A program made the position numbers and the translations under genes. Below, in pieces: positions 51,389 to 64,000 of a DNA stretch of 64,000 nt. Positions within the stretch are counted from its first letter, which is position 1, and each line of letters opens with the position of its first letter. The DNA is from Macrostomum lignano (taxonomy: Eukaryota), in assembly GCA_002269645.1 (NCBI GenBank), contig NIVC01000772.1:1-64000 (forward strand). Direction: 5' to 3'. The notes beneath the pieces were generated by a model. The model was not told where the DNA came from and ran no database searches. It saw nothing but the letters and a program-made list of their open reading frames with translations.

Positions 51389-52183
51389 ACTAATTATAGT
51401 TACATATTGCCATAAATAGTGACAGTTGGTAATATTTATAGTAACAATATGTTATAAATAGCTAAAAAGTTTGACTGACTGCCACAACCAAGCATATAAC
51501 AAGCAATCATATAGCTAATATGTACCAATAATGCCTAACGCACGCTAATATGTACCAATTGACTGACTAACTAACTAACCCAATCTGACAAGACCCAATC
51601 TGACTGACCCAAGTCCAACTATAATCCCAACCCAAACATATACTTGTCTACCTACCTACCTACCTACCTACCTACTTACCCACCTACCTACCTACCACTA
51701 TATTTATCCCACTAACCCAACCACTTACCTGTCACAGCCTATTTTATTCTGGGGGACCGCTGCGCTGGCCAAGAAATGTGAATAGTAGAATTTTTTTATT
51801 AAACTTCAACATAGTTTTCACATATAAGCTATATAAATAGCATAAAGTTTGTACTCAATTTTGAAATTGATTAGACTATTTAATATTGTATATTATATCA
51901 ATGTACTAGCAAAAGAAATATATATATAATTACATAGCTTTAGCTTGTTTTTTGCTTAGACTTTAAAGTTCTTTAAGTAATAAACTTTAGTTATGCTTAT
52001 ATTTTAATTATGTTAATTTGATAAAAAACTTCTTCAAAATTTTCAGTCAAATATTCTGCCTATTATTAATATTAGCATTCTGCTGTCACAATTGAAAGAA
52101 ATGAAGGTAATTGCTGCTTTTTTCATATGTTTAACTATTTTTTATCCCTTTGTGTTAAAATACAAAACTGAATAATTTTAGAT

Positions 52184-55100
52184 ATGAGTTCCATTGAGGC
52201 CAGAGAGGCTGCAGCAGATGGAATACACCAGCTGCATGCAAATATTATACAGCAAGTCCAAAATGGTAAGTTTTATGCAGCAAGTTTGTGTTTGCATACC
52301 TTCCATTATGCTACTTAAAGTAGCAAATATAACGAATCGTTTTCAAAATATTCTCATCTGACAGATTGCCGGCCTGACCTGCTGCAGCCAATGCTGGAGG
52401 CTCAGTTCCTACTGGTGCAGAAACTCTTGAGCACTTCTGATGCCAATGCGAAATCCCAGCCAGAAGTGAGTGTTGCCCATTTGATTTTCAGCCTATTGGG
52501 CGATATGCTCTTCATATTAGATGCTTCTTGTAAAACTTTGTAGGTAAATCATGGCGACCAGCAGCTTGAGCCTGACCCAGCCGGCACCTCGGCGGAGTCG
52601 CTCGCCAGCACAGTTTCGTTGCTGCGCAACCAGCTGAATTCGGTGACTGTTCAGCGCGACGAATTGCAACAGCGTCTGCTTGAAAGCAACGCTCGACAGT
52701 CTGCGGAAGCTGGCGCGGACGAGCTGGCTAAACTGAAGGACAAGTACGCGCGCCTCGTAAAGCAGTGCAAAATCTTCAAAGAAACAATTCGACAACTAAA
52801 AGAGGACCAACAAGGGCAGCCGCAACAGTCAGTCGAGTCGCAAGCGAGACGCGATGAATTAAAAGAGAAATTAGAACAGCAGGACGCACATAAGCAGCAG
52901 TTAATTGAGCAACTACAGTTGGAGCTCGATCGGCAGAGAGAACAATTCGAACAGTGCAATGCGCAGCAGCAGCAGCAGATGGAGGAGATGTTGCAGCAAA
53001 TTGCTGAACAAAAGCGTCAGTTAGAGCTTCAAGAACAGGCAAAGTCAGAACTTGAAGGGCTCAAAGTACAAGTAGCTTCGCAGGCGCAACAATTGGAGCT
53101 CATGGGAGAGCAAAGTCTGCAAATGGGACAGCTTCAACACCAGCTAGAAGACCAAAGTCAGCAATTAAAATTGCAAGATAAGGAAAGATTCGAAACGGAA
53201 GCGCTGAAACAAGAAATTGAGGAGCTGCAAAAGCAGCTTAAATTTGAGAGGCAAAATAATTTGCAGGCTAATGAAGTTCAGCAGCAATTGGAGCTGAATG
53301 AGATGCTGAAGCTAGAAATTGAAAAGCTGAAAAAGCAACTTGAGGAGGAGAGGCAGCAGTTTAATCTGCGCATCGAACAACAACATCTGCCGGGTCGGGA
53401 AGAAGAATTCAGCGCATTGCATAGGAAGCAGCAGCATCTTGAGCAGCATATACATCAAATAGAGGCCGACAAGCAGCAGCAGCTACAACAGATCGAAGCT
53501 AAAAAGCAGCAGCAATTGGAGACGAAAGTACAGCAGATCAAGGCTGAGAAGCAAGAGCAATTGCAACAGATCGAGGCTGAAAAGCAGCAGCAATTGGAGA
53601 TGAAAATTCAGCAGATCGAGACTGAAAAGCAAGAGCAATTACAGCAGATCGAGGCTGAAAAGCAGCAGCAATTGGAGACGAAAGTACAGCAGATCGAGAC
53701 TGAAAAGCAAGAGCAATTACAGCAGATCGAGGCTGAAAAGCAGCAGCAATTGGAGACGAAAGTACAGCAGATCAAGGCTGAGAAGCAAGAGCAATTACAG
53801 CAGATCGAGGCTGAAAAGCAGCAGCAATTGGAGACGAAAGTACAGCAGATCAAGGCTGAGAAGCAAGAGCAATTGCAACAGATCGAGGCTGAAAAGCAGC
53901 AGCAATTGGAGATGAAAGTTCAGCAGATCGAGACTGAAAAGCAAGAGCAATTACAGCAGATCGAGGCTGAAAAGCAGCAGCAATTGGAGACGAAAGTACA
54001 GCAGATCAAGGCTGAGAAGCAAGAGCAATTGCAACAGATCGAGGCTGAAAAGCAGCAGCAATTGGAGATAAAAATTCAGCAGATCGAGGCTGAAAAGCAA
54101 GAGCAATTGGAACAGCAAATACAGCAGCTTGAGGTTGAGAAACAACAGCAGCATAAGCAACAGATTCAGAAGCAACAGCAGTCACTAAGAGACACAGGTA
54201 GTCTGTCTGCACAAACGTCTGCTGAGTCACAAGACGTCGTAGTTAATGAGCTAAAGCTGAAGTGCGCCAAATTAATTAAGTTAAACAAGACAATGCGTGA
54301 GCAGCTCAAGCTTGCGGAGTCTCGCAATAGTTCCATTTCATCAGCTGTTGACGATGTGTCTTGTCAGACGGAATGTGACCAAACTGATCAAACTTTAGAG
54401 GCATCGTCGTTTAATTTAGATGAAAATTTGGCGGAACTTAGTCGGCAATTAACGGAAAGTAAAGCAGAGTCGGAACAGTTTCAATCTACTATCGATTCTC
54501 TATCAAAGCAGTTAGCTGAAGCAGGAAGACAGTTAGATGAAAGTAAATCTGAGTGTGAGCGCATTATTCTTACTGCAACTGATTTTGAAAGGAGGCTCGA
54601 AGAATCTGAGCAACAGTTGGCATCTAGTCTAAAAGAGTCTGAGAAATATCATTTGCGTGCAACTGACGCAGAGGAAAAACTTACTGTTAGTATTAGTGAA
54701 TCAGAGCAGCTTCGCATGAAGCTTGCTGTTACAGAGGAGAAGCTGCAAGATACTGAAAGACGAGTTGAAATTCTGAGCGCCGAAGCCGAGCAATTCCAGC
54801 TCAGTGCAACTGATGCCGAGCAGAGACTTTTGGAAACCGATAAACAGTTCAAAGCTGGCCTTGATGAATTGGAGCAACTTCGAATCTCTTCAAAAGATTT
54901 GCAGGAGAGGCTAGCAGAAGCTGAAAGGCAAGTTGAGGCTAGTCAAGCGGAGTCTGATCAATTTCGACTCATTGCTGATGATGCCACAAAGAGAGTTGCA
55001 ATGGCTGAGAGCCAGCAGGCAGCTAGCAGTTCCGAAATCGAACAGCTTCAACTGGCGCTTGCCAACGCAGAGGAGAAGCTGTCTAAAACAATGGATCAGT

Positions 55101-57703
55101 TGGCTGATATCAGTTCTGAGAATGAACAGTTGCGCCTTAAGCTTTCTTCCAATGAATCTGATGAAAAATCGTCAGTAATACAGAAGCAGCTGGAAATTAG
55201 CCAAGGGAAGTCAGAGCAACTTGAACAGACCCTCGCTGAAGCAACAGAGAAGTTAGCTGACCTTGAAGGTCAACTTAGCGCTAGCCAAACCGAATCGGAG
55301 GAGCTGCGTCAACAATTGTCTTCAGCTAGAAGCAATGCAGATACTAAATTAGCTGAATTAGAAAGACTATTAGAGGAGGCCAAGGCTGAGTCTGAGCAGC
55401 TACGACAAAGTTTCACTAGTGCAACCGAAAATCTTAGTGAAACTAGGAGCGAGTTGCTAGCTAGTAAAGCCAAAATAGACGAACTACAATTGACTGTGTC
55501 GGCTTTCGAAAATAAGCTAGCTGAATCTGAACAGTTTCTGTCAGCTTGCAGACATGAGGCCGAGCAGTTCAAGCAAGCGCACACTGATGCCACTCAGAAA
55601 TTACAATTTGCCGAGGAACAGGTCTCAGTAAAGGTGGCAGAGATTGAACGGTTGGAAATGTTTACTACTGAAGCGAGGGAACGGATTTCGATGTTGGAAG
55701 AACAGTTATCATCAAAAACATCTGAAGCTGAACATTTGAGCCATGTTGCTGCTGAAGTAGAGAAGAGATTGTCCTTGGTTGAGGAGCAGCTATCAGAAAA
55801 AACTTCCGATGCTGAGATATCAACTGGCACAGCTGAAGTAGCTGAGCATGCAAAGCACGCAGTGCTAAACAATGATTCAGAAAAGCTAGTAGAGAACGAA
55901 CGGCCGTTGTTTGCCGATCAATCTGACACAAAGCAGACTGACCAGTTCAGCTCTACTAAAGACACTGATTTTGATGAAATTAGCCAGCTAAAACAGGCAG
56001 TAGCAGAAGCAAAGGCGGCGCAGATGGCAGAAGCTACCAATGCTGAACAGTTACAACTTCGTCTCAGCAGTATGGAATCGGTTCTAGACCAGCTGAAAAA
56101 TCAAAATGCTGCTCTTCTGAGTGATCTTGATCTAGGTAGAAAGGCATTTGAGAAGCTTCTCATGGAGAACGGGCAGTTGCGTGAGCGTCTTGCTGCAGCT
56201 GGATCTTTGGATTCGTCAACTGTACCTTCTGATGTTACTGAGACCTCTACGGACTCAACTGGAGCAGTCGAAGGCACCGATCCCGCTGCCGTGCAGGTGA
56301 AACTGCTGAACACACAGTTAAGCCGAGCCAGAGGTCAGCTGTTGCAACTGCGCTCCGAACGAAACAAAATTTACCACGAATACATGCGAGTTCGCCGCGA
56401 AAAAGAGGACTGTGAACGTCAGCTAGCAGCCGTTTCTACGACGTCGGCGTCGGAAGAAAGGCAACCAAAGCAGATGGTAAACAGCGGTAGCTGGCACTGT
56501 TCGAACACAGATAAAGGTCCCGCATCGGCACAGGCGGCTGATGCAGAGGTTCAACGCGCTGCCGCTGCTGCTGCCGGTCAGCGCGAGGAAGAGCTGCTGG
56601 CAATCCGATCGGAGAACGAGGGTCTTCGATTCCGACAAAGCCTACTCGAGACGAAAGTGAAGAAAATGGAGATTCGCATGCGGGCACAGCGCGAGAAGCT
56701 AGAGCGCTACCAACTACGCTTCGACGAAAAGGATCGCGAGCTGGAGCAGTTAGTTGACAAGGTTCGGCATCATCGAGCTCTGTTTGACAATGAGAAGTCG
56801 GCCAGACTGCGTGAAGTCAATCAGTTGAAGTCGGCCCTAGCCGCCGAGGAGGCTCGCGCTCGCCGTATGGAGAAGCAGCGCGGCGGCGGTGGACGCGGAG
56901 AAACCCAGGCTCTTCTCGAGGAGCTGAGCGCAGCCAGGCACGCCAAACAGGAAGCTGAGCAACGTTACGACAGCGAGATTGCCACGCTGCGGGCTCAACT
57001 AGATGAGCTCGCGGCGGACAGCCAGGAGCTGCGCACTCAATTGGTGGAAGCGAAGCGGCGCCGAGCTACCGGGAATAACAACGAAGCAGAGATGCCACCA
57101 GCGCCAACCGAGTGCTCCGAGTGTAAGCGGCTGCGCGAAGCGGTGCGCGTTTTAGAGGCTCAGAAGCAGCGGCACCGTTCGGCCAGTCAGAGTGAGCAGC
57201 AACACGAGCAGTTGCTCAGATCGGCTGCCGCTGCGTTGGACGCGGCTCTCCAACTGCGCGGTCAGCCTGGCGTTGTTGAGCCGGCGGCAACGCTTGACGC
57301 GCTATTGCGCAACTGCGCCGCACGTATTGAAGCGATGGCTGCCACGGTTGACGCTGCTTCTGCTGCTAGTTCCGCTGCAGATATTGTCAGTGTCGAGACT
57401 CAGACATCAACTACAAACAACGAGGTTTCAACTTTGAATGCTAGAGTTCCCTCTGCGACTGTGTCTGTATCGACTGAGACGACGATTGAAGACGCGCCGG
57501 ATGCTGTCGCTGTCGACATGCCAACACTGCCGATGCTAGCTGGAGCCTCGACGTCAGCGCTTGGCGAGTGGATTCGTCAGACCCGACCGCTGCTGCGCGG
57601 CTGGCCAACTCCGCTGCGTCGAGCGCGGGTGGGACCGCGCGGATTCGCTATCGCCTATCTGTGCGCCGTGCACCTGCTTCTGCTGTATTGCATGATGGCC
57701 TAG
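52184..57703 (+). CDS. Giantin/golgin-like coiled-coil protein with C-terminal membrane anchor, about 1780 aa, 3 exons
   Basis: Exons 52184-52265, 52365-52465 and 52544-57703 join in phases 1 and 0. Long E/Q/K heptad-rich region ending in RVGPRGFAIAYLCAVHLLLLYCMMA, the Y-x4-H tail pattern of membrane-anchored golgins. Confidence 0.85.
53470..54120 (+). repeat. 78-bp exonic tandem repeat in the golgin
   Basis: Encodes QQIEAEKQQQLETKVQQIKAEKQEQL, about 8 copies. Confidence 0.92.
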
Positions 57704-58994
57704 TTTGGCAGACTTTAAACACGGCTTTTGAATCTTGGTGTCTTTTTTCCAGAATTATAGTAGAGAAATATTGATTTTTGTGGCTGTAAATTCATATGCA
57801 GATTTTTTATAGAGGCAGGGGGCTGTGTGCACTGGCCCACTTAAAGCGACATTGTCACACAGCCGGTGAGAGGCATTACTGCCCATTCTGAGCAGGCACA
57901 CAAGCGCGTGGATACGTACGCAGTCATACGCACAGGGACACACTCACACAGGAGTGTACAGCGGCCTTGGTCCTCAAGAGGTTTGGCCCTCAAGCTGGGC
58001 GTTATTGCACGAGCAGACCCATGCCGAGATTCCAATTTAGTTCCAAATCACTGGGCTACGGCCCCCTTCATATGGGGAGCATGGCCATTACCTGCCACCA
58101 ACTGCCGACTGCAGACGATTTAGATTAGGGTTTAGGTTAGGTTTCAAGCTAGGTTTTAGGTTCTAGGGTTTTGTTTAGGTTTATCATATGTATTGGATGC
58201 CTGTCCGATCGTGTCTAGTTGTCCTTGCCCGCAATTCGCGGTAGCATCTGTCACCGTGTACACCCGCTCTCACATTGCACAGCTGGCTGGTTTGTCTGGC
58301 CAGTCTAACAAATCGGCGTCAGAGTTGTCAAACTTTGCAAGTTCACGTCACATTCTAATTGATTTCCAAGGTATTTTTGGTGACTGTTTCATCGTCAAGG
58401 TGTTTGTGTATATTTCAACACTGCTTTGCGAGGTTATTTGAGCACAACATTTTTATGTTTTTCAATATTCATATTCAATTTCAATATCGATGCCAATCAG
58501 TAACTTTGTCAGAAGCAGAGATGATCATTTTTATTTTATTCTCGCTTTCAAAACGCTTAGTTATTGTGTCAAATCTCTTAATATGAGGCGAAAATAAGTA
58601 CCTTACCCGCTGGTGTATGTAACTGTACAAAACAAGTAGTTTTTGTATCTGTATTTCCATTTATTTTTTTGTAAATGCTTTTTTCCCTATTAAATTCCAG
58701 CCCCTGTCTATTTTTGTTGAAAATCCCAGCCCTGTGAAGGAGAGCTCAAGTTTTTCTTCATCAGTGGCATCTGCTCATTCCTGTCCTCAGTCGCCTTTCA
58801 CCTCGCCAAGCTTTAATCCCGTACTCGTTCCGACAATTTGGATTCATCATTTAAACAAATTGTTTTTCTGTGATTATTATTTTTTATCTGTCGAGTTCAT
58901 TTTCCGGCTTAATGGGGTTTGGTATTAGCGTTTTGCAAACCAATTGAGCAAAGCAGTTTTATACGTTTCCAAAGAGTCGAAAAGGCAGTGATCA

Positions 58995-59032
58995 ATCGAT
59001 TAATTTATTGATTGATTGATTGATTGACTGAC

Positions 59033-59075
<43 letters not shown>

Positions 59076-59100
59076 CTGATTGATTGATTGATTGATTGAC

Positions 59101-59147
<47 letters not shown>

Positions 59148-59148
59148 C

Positions 59149-59180
<32 letters not shown>

Positions 59181-59252
59181 GGATTGATTGATTGATAGAC
59201 TGATTGATTGATTGATTGATTGACTGACTGACTGATTGATTGATTGACTGAC

Positions 59253-59293
<41 letters not shown>

Positions 59294-59446
59294 TATTGAC
59301 TGATTGATTGATTGATTGATTGACTGACTGATTGATTTATTGATTGATTGATGGATGGATGGATTGACTGGCTGACTGATTGATTGACTGACTGACTGAC
59401 TGATTGATTTATTGATTGATTGATGGATCGATTGACTGACTGATTA

Positions 59447-59492
<46 letters not shown>

Positions 59493-59518
59493 GGATTGAT
59501 TGATTGACTGACTGATTA

Positions 59519-59568
<50 letters not shown>

Positions 59569-59588
59569 GGATTGATTGATTGACTGAC

Positions 59589-59620
<32 letters not shown>

Positions 59621-59740
59621 GGATTGATTGATTGATTGATTGATTGATGGATTGATTCACTGACTGATTGATTGACTGACTGACTTACTGATTGATTGAT
59701 TGATTGATTGATTTGTTGATTGATGGATTGATTGACTGAC

Positions 59741-59772
<32 letters not shown>

Positions 59773-59836
59773 GGATTGATTGATGGATTGATTGATTGAC
59801 TAACTGACTGACTGATTGATGGATTGATTGATTGAC
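58995..59836. repeat. (GATT)n microsatellite
   Basis: Direct reading of the sequence. Confidence 0.97.
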
Positions 59837-60641
59837 ATACTCGTACATATTCCGTCATTCCATTTTCAGAACAAAAAAAAATTATGACGAAAAATTTGTG
59901 TTGTCTATATCCAGCGTATTGTCATTGTCAGCCGGCACCTGAAAGTTAAGCAGGTTTGGCCGCGGTTAGTAGGGTAGGCTATTTAACAGGCTGTTTACTT
60001 CACTTCTCCAAGGAGCGACCGTGAGTTAGTGACAGAGGATCACTAGAGACAGAAGTGACACTCATCCTAAAAATGTTTGGAGAAACCCTACTGTCTGCAC
60101 AGAATTTATATAGTATTTATGTTACCAATACGACTCAAATTGGTTTGCTAAAATGCAATTTTTCAATCTTAACGTCAGCCTGTAAATATGACTTTTGTGC
60201 ATTCCTCTTCTGAACTAATATTTTTTGTTATTAGCATATCTAGAAGTCTACTAGCCTGACAAAAGATGTTTATGTCCTCAATATTGCGTTTTTTCCGTTC
60301 TAGCTTTATGTGCTCGTATTTAAATATCGATGATAACTTGTTTAAGTAAAATTTTCAGAGCATTGCAAATCGGAAGGTTCTTTGCTTAAATATTTATTTA
60401 TGAATCTGCTATCCGATAGGGGCATAGGGTAGATTTCCGAATCTTCTGGTGCGTTTCAGATTGAAAAAATGTGTGCAAGCTCTACAATTGGAGTTGCATT
60501 GTGTCGGGGCGCCACTTTCCTAAATTTTTATGGCGTCAATATTTATTTTAGGTATTAACTAAGATCTGTTTGAGTTCATTATTTCACTCTTATTATTTAG
60601 TTTATTTATTATAGACTGCAAATGCAGGGTTGCAGCCCTTA

Positions 60642-62466
60642 GTTAATCCCTCAGAATTAGCGCCGTTTTTTAGTTAATCCCTCAGAACTAGCGCTGTTTC
60701 TTAGATAATCCCTCAGAATTGGCGCCGTTTCTTAGTTAATCCCTCAGAATTGGCGCCGTTTCTTAGTTAATCCCTCAGAATTAGCGCCGTTTTTTAGTTA
60801 ATCCCTCAGAATTAGCACTGTTTCTTAGATAATCCCTCAGAATTGGCGCCGTTTCTTAGTTAATCCCTCAGAATTGGCGCCGTTTCTTAGTTAATCCTTC
60901 AGAATTAGCGCTGTTTCTTAGATAAACCTTCAGATTTAGCGCTGTTTCTTAGGTAATCCTTCAGATTTAGCGCTGTTTCTTAGATAATCCTTCAGAATTA
61001 GCGCTGTTTCTTAGATAATCCTTCAGAATTAGCGCTGTTTCTTAGATAAACCTTCAGATTTAGCGCTGTTTCTTAGATAATCCTTCAGATTTAGCGCTGT
61101 TTCTTAGATAATCCTTCAGATTTTGCGCTGTTTCTTAGATAATCCTTCAGATTTAGCGCTGTTTCTTAAATAATCCTTCAGATTTAGCGCTGTTTCTTAG
61201 ATAATCCTTCAGATTTAGCGCTGTTTCTTAGATAATCCTTCAGATTTAGCGCTGTTTCTTAGATAATCCTTCAGATTTAGCGCTGTTTCTTAGATAATCC
61301 TTCAGATTTAGCGCTGTTTCTTAGATAATCCTTCAGATTTAGCGCTGTTTCTTAGATAATCCTTCAGAATTAGCGCTGTTTCTTAGATAATCCTTCAGAT
61401 TTAGCGCTGTTTCTTAGATAATCCTTCAGATTTAGCGCTGTTTCTTAGATAATCCTTCAGATTTAGCGCTGTTTCTTAGATAATCCTTCAGATTTAGCGC
61501 TGTTTCTTAGATAATCCTTCAGATTTAGCGCTGTTTCTTAGATAATCCCTCAGAAGTAGCGCCGTTTCTTAGATAATCCTTCAGAATTAGCGCTGTTTCT
61601 TAGATAATCCTTCAGATTTAGCGCTGTTTCTTAGATAATCCTTCAGATTTAGCGCTGTTTCTTAGATAATCCTTCAGATTTAGCGCTGTTTCTTAGATAA
61701 TCCTTCAGAATTAGCGCTGTTTCTTAGATAATCCTTCAGATTTAGCGCTGTTTCTTAGATAATCCTTCAGATTTAGCGCTGTTTCTTAGATAATCCTTCA
61801 GATTTAGCGCTGTTTCTTAGATAATCCTTCAGATTTAGCGCTGTTTCTTAGATAATCCTTCAGATTTAGCGCTGTTTCTTAGATAATCCCTCAGAAGTAG
61901 CGCCGTTTCTTAGATAATCCCTCAGAAGTAGCGCCGTTTCTTAGATAATCCTTCAGATTTAGCGCTGTTTCTTAGATAATCCCTCAGAAGTAGCGCCGTT
62001 TCTTAGATAATCCCTCAGAAGTAGCGCCGTTTCTTAGATAATCCCTCAGAAGTAGCGCCGTTTCTTAGATAATCCCTCAGAAGTAGCGCCGTTTCTTAGA
62101 TAATCCCTCAGAAGTAGCGCCGTTTCTTAGATAATCCCTCAGAAGTAGCGCCGTTTCTTAGATAATCCCTCAGAAGTAGCGCCGTTTCTTAGATAATCCC
62201 TCAGAAGTAGCGCCGTTTCTTAGATAATCCCTCAGAAGTAGCGCCGTTTCTTAGATAATCCCTCAGAAGTAGCGCCGTTTCTTAGATAATCCCTCAGAAG
62301 TAGCGCCGTTTCTTAGATAATCCCTCAGAAGTAGCGCCGTTTCTTAGATAATCCCTCAGAAGTAGCGCTGTTTCTTAGATAATCCCTCAGAAGTAGCGCC
62401 GTTTCTTAGATAATCCCTCAGAAGTAGCGCTGTTTCTTAGATAATCCCTCAGAAGTAGCGCCGTTT
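60642..62466. repeat. 31-bp minisatellite (TTTCTTAGATAATCCTTCAGATTTAGCGCTG)
   Basis: Direct reading; the variant subtype changes along the array. Confidence 0.97.
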
Positions 62467-63489
62467 CCCAGCTCATACTTATGTTGCTTTCTGCTCCGCT
62501 GTCAACTTTTCAGTCCAATCGAAGTACCAAGTTGCTGATCTACCAAATGCTTCAGAAATGTTCTCTCTTAATTTTCATTAGCTTTTTGTTCTGGTTCCGT
62601 CGCATAGGCATGCAAAAGAGAGCCTCGGCTGTAGCTTGAATTATTTAGTGTGGCTGGTACCGGGCACATTTTTCAGTAATGTTTTTCATACACTGTAATA
62701 ATAACAGACTAGACAGAAATTAGTGCAGTCGCAGCTGTAGTGTACTTTTAGTGTTGATTTTCTGCCAGACTATTCAGTTGAAGAGCTGCAGATGAATTGG
62801 GAATCTGCAGCACTCTCAAACTCTGTGCACTCAGAGCAGTCAGTCTCCTGACTCAAACACCCCCTGCCCTCTACGCTGCTCATTTTATTTATGTTAAATA
62901 GCCTTCAACCTCTCGCCCATCTCAACCGCTATTCTCTGCTCCTAGAGTAGATGCTTTTCTACTTCTATTGTCATTGGAGCATCATTTGAAATCCGATCTT
63001 CATCTTTCTACTCTCTTCAGCCGCACAGCCTCTCTCTTCCTAAATACTGCGCCCTCATCACCGCCATACAACTCGTATTGGGTGTGTGAACCGCTGCTTT
63101 GCATTCAGTCTAAGAGCTTAGGGCTTTATTGTGTATTAATACTTCTGCTTCTAATCAAATTCGCTCGAACAATTGCACCTGTGTGAAGCTCGCTCATCAA
63201 TCATGTAACTGTTTTTCTATAGTATTCTTTGAAAGTTCATCGGCCTACGCGCGTGAGTTTACTCTGATTTTTTCCCGGAAAAATGTGTGTTTACTTTCTG
63301 TCTACCGTAATTGCCATTCGGCCCTGACTGCAGGCCCAGGGACACCTTTTGAGGGGGATGCCTGGACTGGAAACCAGATTTGTCATCCGCCTTAAGATAT
63401 AAAATTATAGTTTTTCCTGTCAAGAAGCACAAATATCAAACTCAGCTCAATAAAGTCATCTCAAGTGGATATGATTGATTGACTGACTG

Positions 63490-63660
63490 GCGCATTTGAG
63501 CGATTGTCTAGTGGTCTGGCGCGTCGCTCTGATGTGCCAGCGACCCAGGCTCGATTCCAAGTTGCAGTCGCATTAATTTGGGACTAAATTGGAATCTCAG
63601 CTTAAGTCTCCTCGTCAAATTAACGCCACTGAGGGCCAACCCCCAAGGCACAGTGAAGTT
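63490..63660 (+). mobile_element. tRNA-derived SINE, with a related fragment at about 57985-58062 on the minus strand
   Basis: A-box-like TCTAGTGGTCTGG (63507) and B-box-like GGCTCGATTCCA (63548). ACTAAATTGGAATCTC at 63583-63598 recurs as the reverse complement at 58026-58041 with similar flanks. Confidence 0.55.
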
Positions 63661-64000
63661 TAAAAGTGTAGATTACCAGTCCAGATAATCCAAAGGTCCC
63701 TGACTGCTCACTCTCCTCTCCCTTTAAGCAATATATTGTAGAGCTTCTTTCCTTCCCCATCCAGCATCACGCTTTCCGTTCTTCATCAAGTCGCATTTTT
63801 TTATTTTCTCCCATTCTTCTGCAACTCTCTTCCCGAGCATCGCAGTTCCACTGCTTCCCCCGCCCCCCGGGGTGCTCAGTCTCTCTGCTTGAGCACCTCA
63901 GGGGTTGCGCCACTTGTTTCTTAGAAAGCAGCCGCCACTCAATCCCTCCCCGCCTGACTTGGCAGCATGACAGGCTTCTCTTCCCCTCCCTCTCGTCTCC

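Noticed and set aside
58125-58182. Interstitial telomeric repeat
   Set aside because: Only one or two exact TTAGGG units in a degenerate T/G-rich stretch.

Overview
Eukaryotic (animal) genomic DNA with spliced genes and dense micro- and minisatellites. Poly-CAG coding tracts and satellite-filled introns resemble a free-living flatworm such as Macrostomum, but that is inference only. Bases 1-9180 appear to be the right-hand part of a large CMC/CACTA (EnSpm-like) DNA transposon. It has a terminus at 9180 preceded by subterminal repeats, an intact three-exon transposase of about 1038 aa, a probable nested 382-bp Helitron-like insert, and a four-exon F-box/LRR gene that may be cargo; the other end is not in the window. 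Host genes that follow: the 3' exons of a DEG/ENaC channel with a duplicated last exon, a myristoylated EF-hand (NCS-like) protein, an orphan type-I membrane protein whose tail is cut by a 70-copy 13-mer, a CREBZF-like bZIP, IER3IP1/YOS1, a coiled-coil UBZ-finger protein with a 5.1-kb satellite intron, an intronless SLC15/PTR2-like transporter, and a giantin-like golgin. Small Tc1/mariner and Harbinger-like MITEs, a foldback element and SINEs are also present. Most long ORFs in the supplied track lie inside tandem repeats and are artefacts. All gene models were assembled by eye from splice signals and phase matching, without database searches.
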